Positions 8,880 to 17,741 of a stretch of 64,000 bases of DNA are shown in pieces (positions within the stretch are counted from its first letter, which is position 1; each line of letters starts with the position of its first letter). The position numbers and the translations under genes were made by a program. The DNA lies in assembly GCA_964550035.1 (NCBI GenBank), contig CAZJVU010000003.1, positions 65,383-129,382 of the forward strand, read 5' to 3'. Source of the stretch: an uncultured Candidatus Saccharibacteria bacterium (GTDB lineage Bacteria; Patescibacteriota; Saccharimonadia; Saccharimonadales; EFPC-124). The notes beneath the pieces were generated by a model. It ran no database searches. It was not told the DNA's origin and saw nothing but the letters and a program-made list of their open reading frames with translations.

Positions 8880-10112
8880 CTACTCTTGCGTCTCCGCGTC
8901 GGTAGATTGGCCTTTTGCGCCACACACAGGGCATGATTCCTCGGTTTCGGCTTCCGCCAGGAAAAGCTCCGACGCCTTCCACCACGGCTCGACATCGTGA
9001 TAGCCTACCCAGTCAGCAGCCTCACGCAGCGCCCAACCGAGCCAGCCATAGATACGAATGCCACCCCAAAGGACTGCCGACCAGTGCTCGCCGGCCGGGT
9101 AGACGTAGATCGGGCGCTTTGGCCGATACACTTTTGGCACGCCGCCGTGAGCCAACCTGCGCAGGTTCTCCGCCAGGAAAACCGCGTCATGCAGCGCCGT
9201 CTGAGCCATACCGCTATATTCAGTCAGCGCATTGTCTCCAATGACGTAAATGTTCTCGGCTGGTTCGTTCTTGGCGCGGAGGAATTCATCCACCACAACC
9301 TTGCCGTGCTCCAGCGTAAAGCCGTTCTCGGCCAAAAACTTATTGCTCGACATACCCGCAGTCCAGATAACCGTGTGGCTCTTGAGCGGGCGACCATTGA
9401 CCATGAGCTCATCGGCAGTCTGCGCCTGCACGGTTTGACCGAGGTATAGCTTGATGCCTTGCTTTCGCAGATGGCGCGCAACGGCGGCCGACAGATCTTT
9501 TGGCATGCGCGGCAAAAGCCGTGGCGAGGCCTCGACAAGCTCGATATTGATCTTGCGCTCCTTCATGCCGTGATTCTTCATAATCCACCGCAAGTAGTGC
9601 GGCAATGCACCTGCCAGTTCGATACCAGTCGGACCACCACCCACAACGACGTAATTGAGGTCTGGCTTGTGCTGGTCGAGCATAAGTTTGTGAAGATGAG
9701 CTTTGAGTTCTTCGGCCTCTTCGATGGATTTGATGCCGTAACTATATTCGGGAAGGCCTTGGATACCGAAGTAATTAGTGATCGAGCCAAGAGCGACGAT
9801 CAAAATATCGTAGGGAATTTTCTTCTTCGAGGCCGTGACTACGACACTCCGTTCGCGGTCGAGTTTCTCGGCAGTTTCTTGGAGCAGCGTCACGCGCTTG
9901 TCTTGGAAAATCTCACTTAATGGGATGACGGACGCCGTCCGGCCCCCACCTGTCGCCGAGCGATACAGCGCCGGGTAATATTTGAAGTCGGTTTTGTCGC
10001 TCAGGAGTGTCACGTCGTACGCGTCAGAATCACTGAGATTAAGTGCTGTCTTGATGCCGCCGAACCCGCCACCGAGGATAAGGACTTGTTTTTTCTGTGC
10101 TTCAGATGCCAT
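8880..10112 (-). CDS. ndh: Type II NADH:quinone oxidoreductase (NDH-2)
   Basis: Two dinucleotide folds (VLILGGGFGG; VVVGGGPTGIELAG); 410 aa with a short Cys-containing C-terminal tail. Confidence 0.88.
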   Translation of the reverse strand: MASEAQKKQVLILGGGFGGIKTALNLSDSDAYDVTLLSDKTDFKYYPALYRSATGGGRTASVIPLSEIFQDKRVTLLQETAEKLDRERSVVVTASKKKIPYDILIVALGSITNYFGIQGLPEYSYGIKSIEEAEELKAHLHKLMLDQHKPDLNYVVVGGGPTGIELAGALPHYLRWIMKNHGMKERKINIELVEASPRLLPRMPKDLSAAVARHLRKQGIKLYLGQTVQAQTADELMVNGRPLKSHTVIWTAGMSSNKFLAENGFTLEHGKVVVDEFLRAKNEPAENIYVIGDNALTEYSGMAQTALHDAVFLAENLRRLAHGGVPKVYRPKRPIYVYPAGEHWSAVLWGGIRIYGWLGWALREAADWVGYHDVEPWWKASELFLAEAETEESCPVCGAKGQSTDAETQE

Positions 10113-10173
10113 GTGTGTGTTTTACCCTTCTTGCACTGCATTATACAAGATAGATAAGGACAAATAAATCGGT

Positions 10174-10210
10174 TGAGAGGGAGCGGGCTCACGAGGAGCC
10201 CGCTCCCTCT
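10174..10210 (-). terminator. GC-rich hairpin
   Basis: gagagggagcgggctc / gagcccgctccctctc, 16-bp stem immediately 3' of gene 10229-10669. Confidence 0.65.
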
Positions 10211-10228
10211 CCCTTCACCACGAGTAAG

Positions 10229-10669
10229 TCACCGGTTAACCTTGATGACCTCGGCCCTCCCGCCAGCCACTCCGCGGAAGCCGCTCAGGGTCGCTCTCCC
10301 GGCCATCTCGGCCGACTTGAACCGGAACGCTCGTGCCTTGCCGGTCTGACCCTGCGCCCAGCGAAGCGTGCCTTCCTGGAGGACGACGTAGTACTCACGG
10401 CCGTTGGTCCCTCTGCAGCCGATCAAGAAACCGCGTCGTCTGGCCGGTTTCTCGCTCGCCGCCGACAACGGGTCCTTGACGACCCGAGTAGGCATGGCCA
10501 CGTGCGTGGGGTGCTTGAGGATCAGTTCGACAGCATCGTCCACCGTTGCGAAACGCGCGGCGGCCCGGATCCCTTCATCACCCTCAACCCACTTGTAGCC
10601 GCGCCTCGACTCCTGGACAACGAAGCTGAACGTGTGCTCGGCGCCTTGTGCCTGTACTATGTATCCCAC
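10229..10669 (-). CDS. Hypothetical protein with internal tandem duplication (GC-rich orphan)
   Basis: GTG start with GAAAGAAGG SD; two ~45-aa repeats (GYIVQAQGAEHTFSFVVQE... / GFLIGCRGTNGREYYVVLQE...). Confidence 0.55.
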   Translation of the reverse strand: MGYIVQAQGAEHTFSFVVQESRRGYKWVEGDEGIRAAARFATVDDAVELILKHPTHVAMPTRVVKDPLSAASEKPARRRGFLIGCRGTNGREYYVVLQEGTLRWAQGQTGKARAFRFKSAEMAGRATLSGFRGVAGGRAEVIKVNR

Positions 10670-10704
10670 CTTGTGCCTTCTTTCGTAGGATGGCGTGGAT
10701 GTCG

Positions 10705-10878
10705 TCAGCCGCGCGGCGCGTCCGCTGCGCGCTGCAGTGGACAGGTTGCGGTGGCCTTTCTTCCCTGTTCGTGCTCCTTACCCAGCTCGTTGCAGCGAGC
10801 CGCCGGGTCTTCGCCCGAGGTCGCCAGCCGCTTCAGGTAGAGGAGCGTTGGACATTTCGAATTGCAGGACAGTGCCAT
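10705..10878 (-). CDS. Small Cys-containing hypothetical protein (GC-rich, upstream of 10229-10669)
   Basis: 57 aa from ATG 10878 with GAGAGGTGA SD; same strand, 35-nt gap to the next gene. Confidence 0.4.
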   Translation of the reverse strand: MALSCNSKCPTLLYLKRLATSGEDPAARCNELGKEHEQGRKATATCPLQRAADAPRG

Positions 10879-11008
10879 GGTGCTCACCTCTCATGTGGTG
10901 CATGACTATATTATACAATATTATCGCTATATATGTAATATAGCAAAATACTTGAGGTTGCCCGCGTGCTTGCATTTTACTGCTCATAAGGGTTACGCTT
11001 GAGCTAAC

Positions 11009-12673
11009 ATGGAAGACTTTACAAACGCCCTCAAATCGCGAGGCTTCAATGGCGATATAGATACGAGCGATAAATCGCTCAACTTCTATAGCCACGATGC
11101 TTCACTGTTCGAAATCAAACCCAAACTGGTAGTAGCGCCGAAAGACAGCAGCGACGTCCAGAAGCTGGTCGCACTCGTGGCCGAGCAAAAGAAATCTAAC
11201 CCGGAGTTGTCCCTCACCGCACGCTCGGCTGGCACCGATATGAGTGGCGGCGCGATCAACGATTCGATCATCGTCGACTTCAACAAATATTTTACAAGCA
11301 TCGAAGGCGTCACACCGACAGAAGGTCACGCCCAGCCTGGTGTGTTCTTTCGTGATTTCGACGCCGAGACGGCCAAGCAAAACGTCCTCCTACCACCGTA
11401 CCCTGCCAGCCGTGACCTCTGTACCATCGGTGGAATGGTCAATAACAACTCAGGTGGCGAGAAGTCGCTCGAATTCGGCAAGACTGAAAACTTCGTGAAC
11501 GAACTGCACGTCGTGTTTGCAGATGGCGTCGAGCGTATGGTCAAGCCTCTAAACAAGCAAGAACTCAATGCCAAAATGGCGCAAGATGACTTCGAAGGCA
11601 AAGTCTACCGCGAGATATTCCAGCTCGTGGACGGCAATTATGAAAAAATCAAAGCCGCCAAGCCGCACGTTAGCAAAAACTCCACCGGCTACAATCTCTG
11701 GGACGTCTGGGACCGCGAAACGCAGATCTTTAATCTTTGCAACTTGATCGTCGGCGCTCAAGGCACGCTTGGCTTCACCACCGACATCAAGTTCAAACTC
11801 GTTCCGCGTCGCGCGCACTCCGGCCTCCTGGTACTCTTCCTGCGCGGTATGGACGACCTCGGCGAGCTTATCCCGAAAATACTCGAGAGCAAGCCGGCTA
11901 CCTTCGAGAGTTTCGACGACCAGACGCTGTGGCTGTCGATTCGATTTATGCCGTCGTTCCTCAAGATGCTCGGACCATGGCGATTCATCAAGCTGCTCTT
12001 CAGCTTGATTCCGGATGGCCTGCTCCTGTTGCGCGGCATTCCGAAGCTGATCTTAATGGTTGAGTTCAATGGCGACACCGAAAAAGAAGTCAGGGGGAAG
12101 ATTCGCGCCCTCCACCAAGAGCTTGGCGCCCACCGCGCGCGCTACGAGATCAACGGCTTCGAAGAAACTCCCACCGAAGGCCGTAGCGAAAAGTTCTGGT
12201 TGATGCGTCGCCAGAGCTTCAAACTGCTTCGCGATAAGGTCAAGGACAAGCACACCGCGCCATTCATCGACGACCTAGTGGTCAATCCGCCGCATTTGGT
12301 TGAGTTCTTGCCGCAGATCCAGCAGATCATTCGCAAGTACAAACTCTTTGCCACCGTTGCTGGGCACATGGGCGACGGCAATTTCCACATTATTCCGCTT
12401 ATGAAGCTCGAGAATCCTGAGGACCGCGCCAAACTCGAACCAGCCATGAGAGAAGTTAATACATTGGTGCTCAAATACAAGGGTTCACTCAGTGGTGAGC
12501 ACAACGACGGCTTAGTACGCGGCCCCTGGCTCGAGCAGATGTACGGCCCTGAAGTTCTGGGCTACTTCCGGCAAGCGAAAGACATCATGGACCCTGAGCA
12601 CATCTTCAATCCACACAAGAAGGCTAATGCCGATTGGGATTACAGCTTTAGCCACGTTCGCGAGCATTTCTAG
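11009..12673 (+). CDS. FAD-binding oxidoreductase (GlcD/D-lactate dehydrogenase-like)
   Basis: 554 aa; FAD_binding_4-type N-terminus (LTARSAGTDMSGGAI), C-terminal FAD-oxidase domain (GSLSGEHNDGL). Confidence 0.85.
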   Translation: MEDFTNALKSRGFNGDIDTSDKSLNFYSHDASLFEIKPKLVVAPKDSSDVQKLVALVAEQKKSNPELSLTARSAGTDMSGGAINDSIIVDFNKYFTSIEGVTPTEGHAQPGVFFRDFDAETAKQNVLLPPYPASRDLCTIGGMVNNNSGGEKSLEFGKTENFVNELHVVFADGVERMVKPLNKQELNAKMAQDDFEGKVYREIFQLVDGNYEKIKAAKPHVSKNSTGYNLWDVWDRETQIFNLCNLIVGAQGTLGFTTDIKFKLVPRRAHSGLLVLFLRGMDDLGELIPKILESKPATFESFDDQTLWLSIRFMPSFLKMLGPWRFIKLLFSLIPDGLLLLRGIPKLILMVEFNGDTEKEVRGKIRALHQELGAHRARYEINGFEETPTEGRSEKFWLMRRQSFKLLRDKVKDKHTAPFIDDLVVNPPHLVEFLPQIQQIIRKYKLFATVAGHMGDGNFHIIPLMKLENPEDRAKLEPAMREVNTLVLKYKGSLSGEHNDGLVRGPWLEQMYGPEVLGYFRQAKDIMDPEHIFNPHKKANADWDYSFSHVREHF

Positions 12674-12721
12674 CGTATAATAGTCCTGGATTGTTCGCCT
12701 CACACGCAGACTGGAGAGCAT

Positions 12722-13087
12722 ATGTGCACCACCCCAGATGCCGCAGGTAAACGCCAAATTACAGTGGCGTTCTGGCGGTGCTCGGCTCGAGGAATCGAGT
12801 TCTACATCCCGTTAAACTCCGGATACCCGCAAGCCATGGCACACTGCACAAACGATCGCCCGGCGGATGCCGCACGGTCGTGGGTCGAAGAAAGGTTTGG
12901 CTTCAACCCGCGTTCAGAAGCACGCGTGTTCGACGCCGCAGCTATTGGCTGCATGGTAGTGTTCTCGCTGACCACCACAGAGCTCGATGCTCTGTCCCGC
13001 CAGATGATTGGCGCATGGTTGTCGGCATGGGACGCGGCCTTTCCCACCAGCCAGATGCTCGGCTATGTCCAGCGACACCTTGCCTGA
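12722..13087 (+). CDS. Hypothetical protein (GC-rich orphan)
   Basis: 121-aa ORF; TATAAT at ~12676-12681 and GGAGAG SD. Confidence 0.45.
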   Translation: MCTTPDAAGKRQITVAFWRCSARGIEFYIPLNSGYPQAMAHCTNDRPADAARSWVEERFGFNPRSEARVFDAAAIGCMVVFSLTTTELDALSRQMIGAWLSAWDAAFPTSQMLGYVQRHLA

Positions 13088-13215
13088 CCAGGCGTCCGGC
13101 CCCGCCCGCACTCTCGCGCGTGAGAGGACCTTCCCAAGTGGAATGGCTCGCTTTAGACGCGAGGCGGGCGGTAAACCCAGATTTCTCTCAGTTTATCTAC
13201 TATAATGTCTAAAGT

Positions 13216-13680
13216 ATGAAGAAGCTATTCATCTCGCTCTCAGTCATCGCCATGTTCGGCCTGTACGTGTGGCACGCTCGAACCGACCAAGACGCGGGTA
13301 AGGTCACTACAAAAGTAGCAGCCGCTAAGGACATGAACGCGCCATCAGCGTCCGCATCTACAACGATGCCCGCAACAGCCCAATCGACCTCGGCTCCGTA
13401 CAAAGATGGCTCGTACATCGGCAGTGCAGCTCGCTCCTATTACGGCAACGTCCAAGTCAGCGCCACTATCGGCGGCGGCAAGCTAACCGATATCGAGTTC
13501 CTGCAATACCCGCGCGACCACCGCGAATCGATGCAAATCAACGAGCAAGCCATGCCACTCCTCAAACAAGAAGCTATCAAGGCGCAAACCGCGCAGATTG
13601 ATGGCGTCAGCGGCGCGACTGACACCAGCGAAGCATTTATCGAATCGCTCAAATCAGCGCTCGATCAGGCCCGAAGCTAA
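13216..13680 (+). CDS. Exported FMN-binding domain protein (flavinylation substrate)
   Basis: N-terminal signal/anchor; FMN_bind domain with the flavinylation motif DGVSGATDTS. Confidence 0.85.
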   Translation: MKKLFISLSVIAMFGLYVWHARTDQDAGKVTTKVAAAKDMNAPSASASTTMPATAQSTSAPYKDGSYIGSAARSYYGNVQVSATIGGGKLTDIEFLQYPRDHRESMQINEQAMPLLKQEAIKAQTAQIDGVSGATDTSEAFIESLKSALDQARS

Positions 13681-14411
13681 TGCAAAAAACCGAACTTATC
13701 ATGGGCATGCCTGTCACCATCAAGCTGACAGACACGTCGAACGACACGCATTTTTCCGAGCTCTTTGATTACTTTCGCGATATCGACGGGCGCTACAGCA
13801 CCTACAAACCGACGAGTGAAATCTCACAAATCAACGCCGGCCTTCCGCGGTCAAAGTGGAGTAACGAAATGCGCCACATGATGGAGCTGTGCGAGCAAAC
13901 CAAGCAGGCAACCGAGGGCTATTTCGACGTTCGTCACGACGGACGCATTGACCCATCAGGCCTCGTAAAGGGTTGGGCCATCCATAACGCCGCCCAGAAA
14001 CTTCTCGCCAAAGGTGTAGCCGACTTCAGTATCGAAGCCGGCGGCGATATCGAGGTTCATGGCCGCAGCGAATCGGGTGATGAGTGGCGTATCGGCATCA
14101 GGAACCCATTCGACAGGACGCAGGTCGTAAAGGTCGTAGGCCTGCGCGATCAAGGTATCGCCACCTCCGGCACATACATTCGCGGCCAACACGTCTACAA
14201 CCCACTTACCGATCAAGAAATTACCGACATCGTGAGCCTCACCGTCATTGGCCCCGACATATACGAAGCCGACCGGTTTGCAACGGCAGCGTTCGCGATG
14301 GAGGCGAAGGGAATTTTGTTTATCGAAAGCCTTCCGGGCTTCGAAGGTTATATGATAGATACAAAAGGCATAGCAACCATGACAAGTGGCTTCGAGGAGT
14401 ACGTGCGGTGA
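13680..14411 (+). CDS. apbE: FAD:protein FMN transferase (ApbE family)
   Basis: MGMPVTI...GIATSGTYIRG pattern typical of ApbE; start codon overlaps the upstream stop by 1 nt (TAATG at 13678-13682). Confidence 0.85.
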   Translation: MQKTELIMGMPVTIKLTDTSNDTHFSELFDYFRDIDGRYSTYKPTSEISQINAGLPRSKWSNEMRHMMELCEQTKQATEGYFDVRHDGRIDPSGLVKGWAIHNAAQKLLAKGVADFSIEAGGDIEVHGRSESGDEWRIGIRNPFDRTQVVKVVGLRDQGIATSGTYIRGQHVYNPLTDQEITDIVSLTVIGPDIYEADRFATAAFAMEAKGILFIESLPGFEGYMIDTKGIATMTSGFEEYVR

Positions 14412-15898
14412 AATGGATCGATGAGTTTCTAGATAAGATTACGATGTATCGGCTGCTGCTGTACTACCTGATCGGGCTGGAGGTTGTCGCGGTCGGGCTG
14501 AGTATCGCCGGCGTACTGCATTTTAAGCCGCTCGATGTTATCTTCTCGGCGCTGTTCGTGACCGGTGTGTGTTGGGTGGCAAATAAGGTCTTGGCCTATG
14601 TGTTTAATGCACCGACAAATGTCGAATCGCCACTTATTACAGGCTTGATCTTGGCGCTTATCATCACGCCGACGCACGAGATGCATGGACTGGTCTTTCT
14701 GGCGGCGGCGGGCGGGCTTGCGATGGCGTCGAAATACATCTTGGCTATCAACGGACGGCATTTGTTTAATCCTGCAGCCATAGCCGTCATTCTCACGAGC
14801 TACGGTGCCGGCGACGCGGCAAGCTGGTGGGTTGGCACGGCGAGTATGTTGCCGTGGGTGCTCATCGGTGGTGCACTACTCACACGACGAATTCGTCGAG
14901 CCGGGATGGTCACGTGGTTTGTCGGTGTCGCATTGGCAGCCACCGTTGTATACGGCCTGATAGACGGCGCAAGCCCTATCACACTTGTCGAGAAGGAAAT
15001 CCTCAACTCCGCACTCTTCTTCTTTGCCTTTGTTATGCTCACCGAACCCCTCACGTCGCCGACAACGCAGGGCAAACGAGCGTGGTTTAGCGCACTCGTG
15101 GGCGCGCTATTCCCGCCCCAGTTCAGTATCGCTGGCGTGTTCGCCTCGCCAGAAGTTGCACTGGCTGTGGGTAATATCTTCAGCTATATCGTCGGGCCTC
15201 GCACTAAGACTCGTTTACACTTCAGAGAGCGTGTCGAGCTTTCGCACAGCACCGCTGACTTTATCTTCCGCCCCGAGCGACCGTTTACCTACCGCCCAGG
15301 TCAATACATGGAGCTCACCTTTCAGCACCCACACACCGACGCTCGTGGCGCTCGCCGATACTTCACATTGGCCAGCTCGCCAACCGAACAGGAAATGCGC
15401 ATTGGCGTCAAATTTTACGAGCCCGGCAGCAGCTATAAACGCGCGCTCCTGGACGTTACGCCCGACACGCCCATCATTGCGTCGCAGCTAGGCGGCGACT
15501 TTGTGATGCCCAAGGACACCAGTAAACGGCTCGTATTCATTGCCGGTGGTATTGGCGTGACGCCGTTTCGGAGTATGATCAAATACCTCCTCGACAAAGG
15601 CGAAAAGCGCGACATCACCCTCCTCTACTCTGCCAAGTCTGCTCACGAGCACGTCTACAAAGAGATCTTCGACGAAGCTACCGCAAAACTCGGCATCACC
15701 GTCGTCTACATCGCGACAGACAAAACAAAACAGGCACGCTACGCCGAGCTCATTGCTCAGCACGTGCCTGATTTTGCGGACTGTACGTTCTATATTTCTG
15801 GTCCACACGCCATGGTCACCGACACAGAACATACGCTCGAGACCATGGGCGTGAGTTTCTCAAGGATCAAGAAAGACTTCTTCTCGGGGTATGCCTAA
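14408..15898 (+). CDS. Membrane oxidoreductase: RnfD/NqrB-like polytopic domain fused to an FNR-type FAD/NAD(P)-binding domain
   Basis: GTG 14408 overlaps the apbE stop. RnfD-like motifs HLFNPAA and MLTEPLTSP. C-terminal RRYFTLASSP (RxYS), GGIGVTPF, YISGPHAM. The ORF extension to 14084 overlaps apbE. Confidence 0.8.
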   Translation: MKWIDEFLDKITMYRLLLYYLIGLEVVAVGLSIAGVLHFKPLDVIFSALFVTGVCWVANKVLAYVFNAPTNVESPLITGLILALIITPTHEMHGLVFLAAAGGLAMASKYILAINGRHLFNPAAIAVILTSYGAGDAASWWVGTASMLPWVLIGGALLTRRIRRAGMVTWFVGVALAATVVYGLIDGASPITLVEKEILNSALFFFAFVMLTEPLTSPTTQGKRAWFSALVGALFPPQFSIAGVFASPEVALAVGNIFSYIVGPRTKTRLHFRERVELSHSTADFIFRPERPFTYRPGQYMELTFQHPHTDARGARRYFTLASSPTEQEMRIGVKFYEPGSSYKRALLDVTPDTPIIASQLGGDFVMPKDTSKRLVFIAGGIGVTPFRSMIKYLLDKGEKRDITLLYSAKSAHEHVYKEIFDEATAKLGITVVYIATDKTKQARYAELIAQHVPDFADCTFYISGPHAMVTDTEHTLETMGVSFSRIKKDFFSGYA

Positions 15899-17067
15899 GC
15901 TTTTGCCTTCTTTGGCTCGGCATCACGAGTGCGAAGGTAGCGGCCAAATGCCAACGACAAACCGCCTAGACCCCAAACCAGCGCCAGGAAACCGAACAGG
16001 CCACCGACAACCGGAATAAGCATCAAGATCGAAAGAATCAGCAGGCCAACAACCAGCGAGATGAAGCGCGGCCATTTCAGCCTCCACTTCATCTGCAGCG
16101 CCGTCCATTCACCCAGCGTGTAGCCACTGTAAGCAAAGCTTGCTACCAGTCCGACTCCCCAGATGAGAAACAGTGCAATGCCGACTGGAATACCGATAAT
16201 CGTCACCATCAGTAGCACAGCGATGATCGGCGTCATGATCAGCGCCGCAAGCCCAGCCAGAAGTGCCCAACCGACTTGCTTCACCATCAACGGTGCTGTG
16301 CTTCGGTAGCTTCGCGGTGCGAGCCCCAGCAGGAACAGCCCGAACAGGAGCGTCGCCGCAAACCAGTACGCGATACCCGCTACACGAGTAGCCCACGTCT
16401 CCTGACGCTTCTCTTCGTGTTTTGGCGGGTCGTGGCGCTGCGTCTTGCCGACAATGGCGCCAGTGGTTGTGCCTTCGATTTGGTTGCGGCTAGTGTAGTC
16501 GACGCTGCCACCAATGTGCGCGCCGTTGCTGATCGCCAAGTGTTCGACATTTGAGACGACATTGCGACCAATCGTCCCCGCTAGTGTTACGTTCTGACCG
16601 TTGACTACAGCATCGCGGCCGATTTTGCCGCCGACCTGTACCATCGTTCCCATAGCAGTGACGTCGCCGTTTACCACTGTATTACCAGTGAACGTTACGT
16701 TCTGACCAAACGCGCTCACATTGCGCGCAACAGGACCACTCACCGCGACCGTCTGTCCAGCAACACGCACGTTGCCCAGCACCGTACCACTGACATTTAC
16801 AGTCTGGCCAGCACAAATGACGTCGCCCTCAACCGTTCCGGTCACATCGACATTTTGACCAGCACAGTACAAGTCGCCCTTTACCGTACCGGCAACCGTG
16901 ACTGTCGCGCCTGCCAGGTAAACGCTACTGTCGACCGTTTCGCCCGGCGCAACACTTGCCGTCGTCCCGCTGCGCATGTTGCCTACTGCGTGCGCCGTCA
17001 GTGGCGCCGCCAAAAGTGTAACCAGCGTCGCCAATGCCAGCACCGCTATTACTCTATATTTCTTCAT
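15895..17067 (-). CDS. Signal-peptide protein with bactofilin-like beta-helical repeats and a polytopic C-terminal membrane domain
   Basis: Repeated G.V.G[DN]V/V.V.G.V units over ~180 aa, then about 6 TM helices. Confidence 0.7.
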   Translation of the reverse strand: MKKYRVIAVLALATLVTLLAAPLTAHAVGNMRSGTTASVAPGETVDSSVYLAGATVTVAGTVKGDLYCAGQNVDVTGTVEGDVICAGQTVNVSGTVLGNVRVAGQTVAVSGPVARNVSAFGQNVTFTGNTVVNGDVTAMGTMVQVGGKIGRDAVVNGQNVTLAGTIGRNVVSNVEHLAISNGAHIGGSVDYTSRNQIEGTTTGAIVGKTQRHDPPKHEEKRQETWATRVAGIAYWFAATLLFGLFLLGLAPRSYRSTAPLMVKQVGWALLAGLAALIMTPIIAVLLMVTIIGIPVGIALFLIWGVGLVASFAYSGYTLGEWTALQMKWRLKWPRFISLVVGLLILSILMLIPVVGGLFGFLALVWGLGGLSLAFGRYLRTRDAEPKKAKA

Positions 17068-17674
17068 AGAGACTCTCCTCCTTATCTAATTCTATTGTAG
17101 CAGCCTTGTGTATACTCGCCGGATTTCGGAAATGCGCTTCAATCGCGCTCAGCATCTGTCGATAATATCCTTCGTAGGGAATCATGTGAAGCTGCGGGAG
17201 GCCCTTGTGGTGGAAGAGCACATCGTGAACGGTACTGACCGGCAGCAGCCGAACATCTTGCACTTCACTTTTCTGAAGCTGCAGCTTCGCAGGGTCTATC
17301 TCGGCGATAAACGCATAGAGAAATAGTTTCATGTGCATGCCGTAGGCGGGCAGGTGATGGTTGTACTTCCAGCGCGTGACCGGTTGCAGATTGCTCACCA
17401 GTACACCCACTTCTTCCTCGACCTCGCGCAGAGCCGCGTCATAGATCGATTCGCCAGCACCGACAACGCCACCGACGCCAAGCTCCCATTGCCCCGGATA
17501 GAACATAATTGTCTTGCTGCGCTGCTGGAGGAGCACACGGCGATCAGGAGTATAGAGTGCGACATGCACGCCAGCATGCCACTCACCGGCAAGGTTTGTG
17601 CCGGTATGAGTCATAGTGGTGCCGGTTGGGTTGCCGTCATCGTCCAGGATGTCGACATTTTCAGGGTGAGCCAT
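17054..17674 (-). CDS. NUDIX hydrolase
   Basis: Nudix box GAGESIYDAALREVEEEVGV. Confidence 0.88.
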   Translation of the reverse strand: MAHPENVDILDDDGNPTGTTMTHTGTNLAGEWHAGVHVALYTPDRRVLLQQRSKTIMFYPGQWELGVGGVVGAGESIYDAALREVEEEVGVLVSNLQPVTRWKYNHHLPAYGMHMKLFLYAFIAEIDPAKLQLQKSEVQDVRLLPVSTVHDVLFHHKGLPQLHMIPYEGYYRQMLSAIEAHFRNPASIHKAATIELDKEESLYEEI

Positions 17675-17741
17675 GGTTTTTGATTTTTAGGATTAGTGCT
17701 AATCGTATTATAGCGTCTAAGGCGAAATAACTGCTAGTTTG

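Noticed and set aside
13088-13215. Looked for an FMN riboswitch upstream of the FMN-bind/ApbE operon
   Set aside because: No RFN-element conserved blocks are present. The region contains only a long-range GC hairpin (ccgcccgc...gcgggcgg), which acts plausibly as the terminator of the preceding gene, followed by a TATAAT promoter.
14084-14407. N-terminal extension of the RnfD-FNR ORF overlapping apbE
   Set aside because: It is an Arg/His-rich out-of-frame read of apbE. GTG 14408 overlapping the apbE stop gives a sensible membrane-protein N-terminus.
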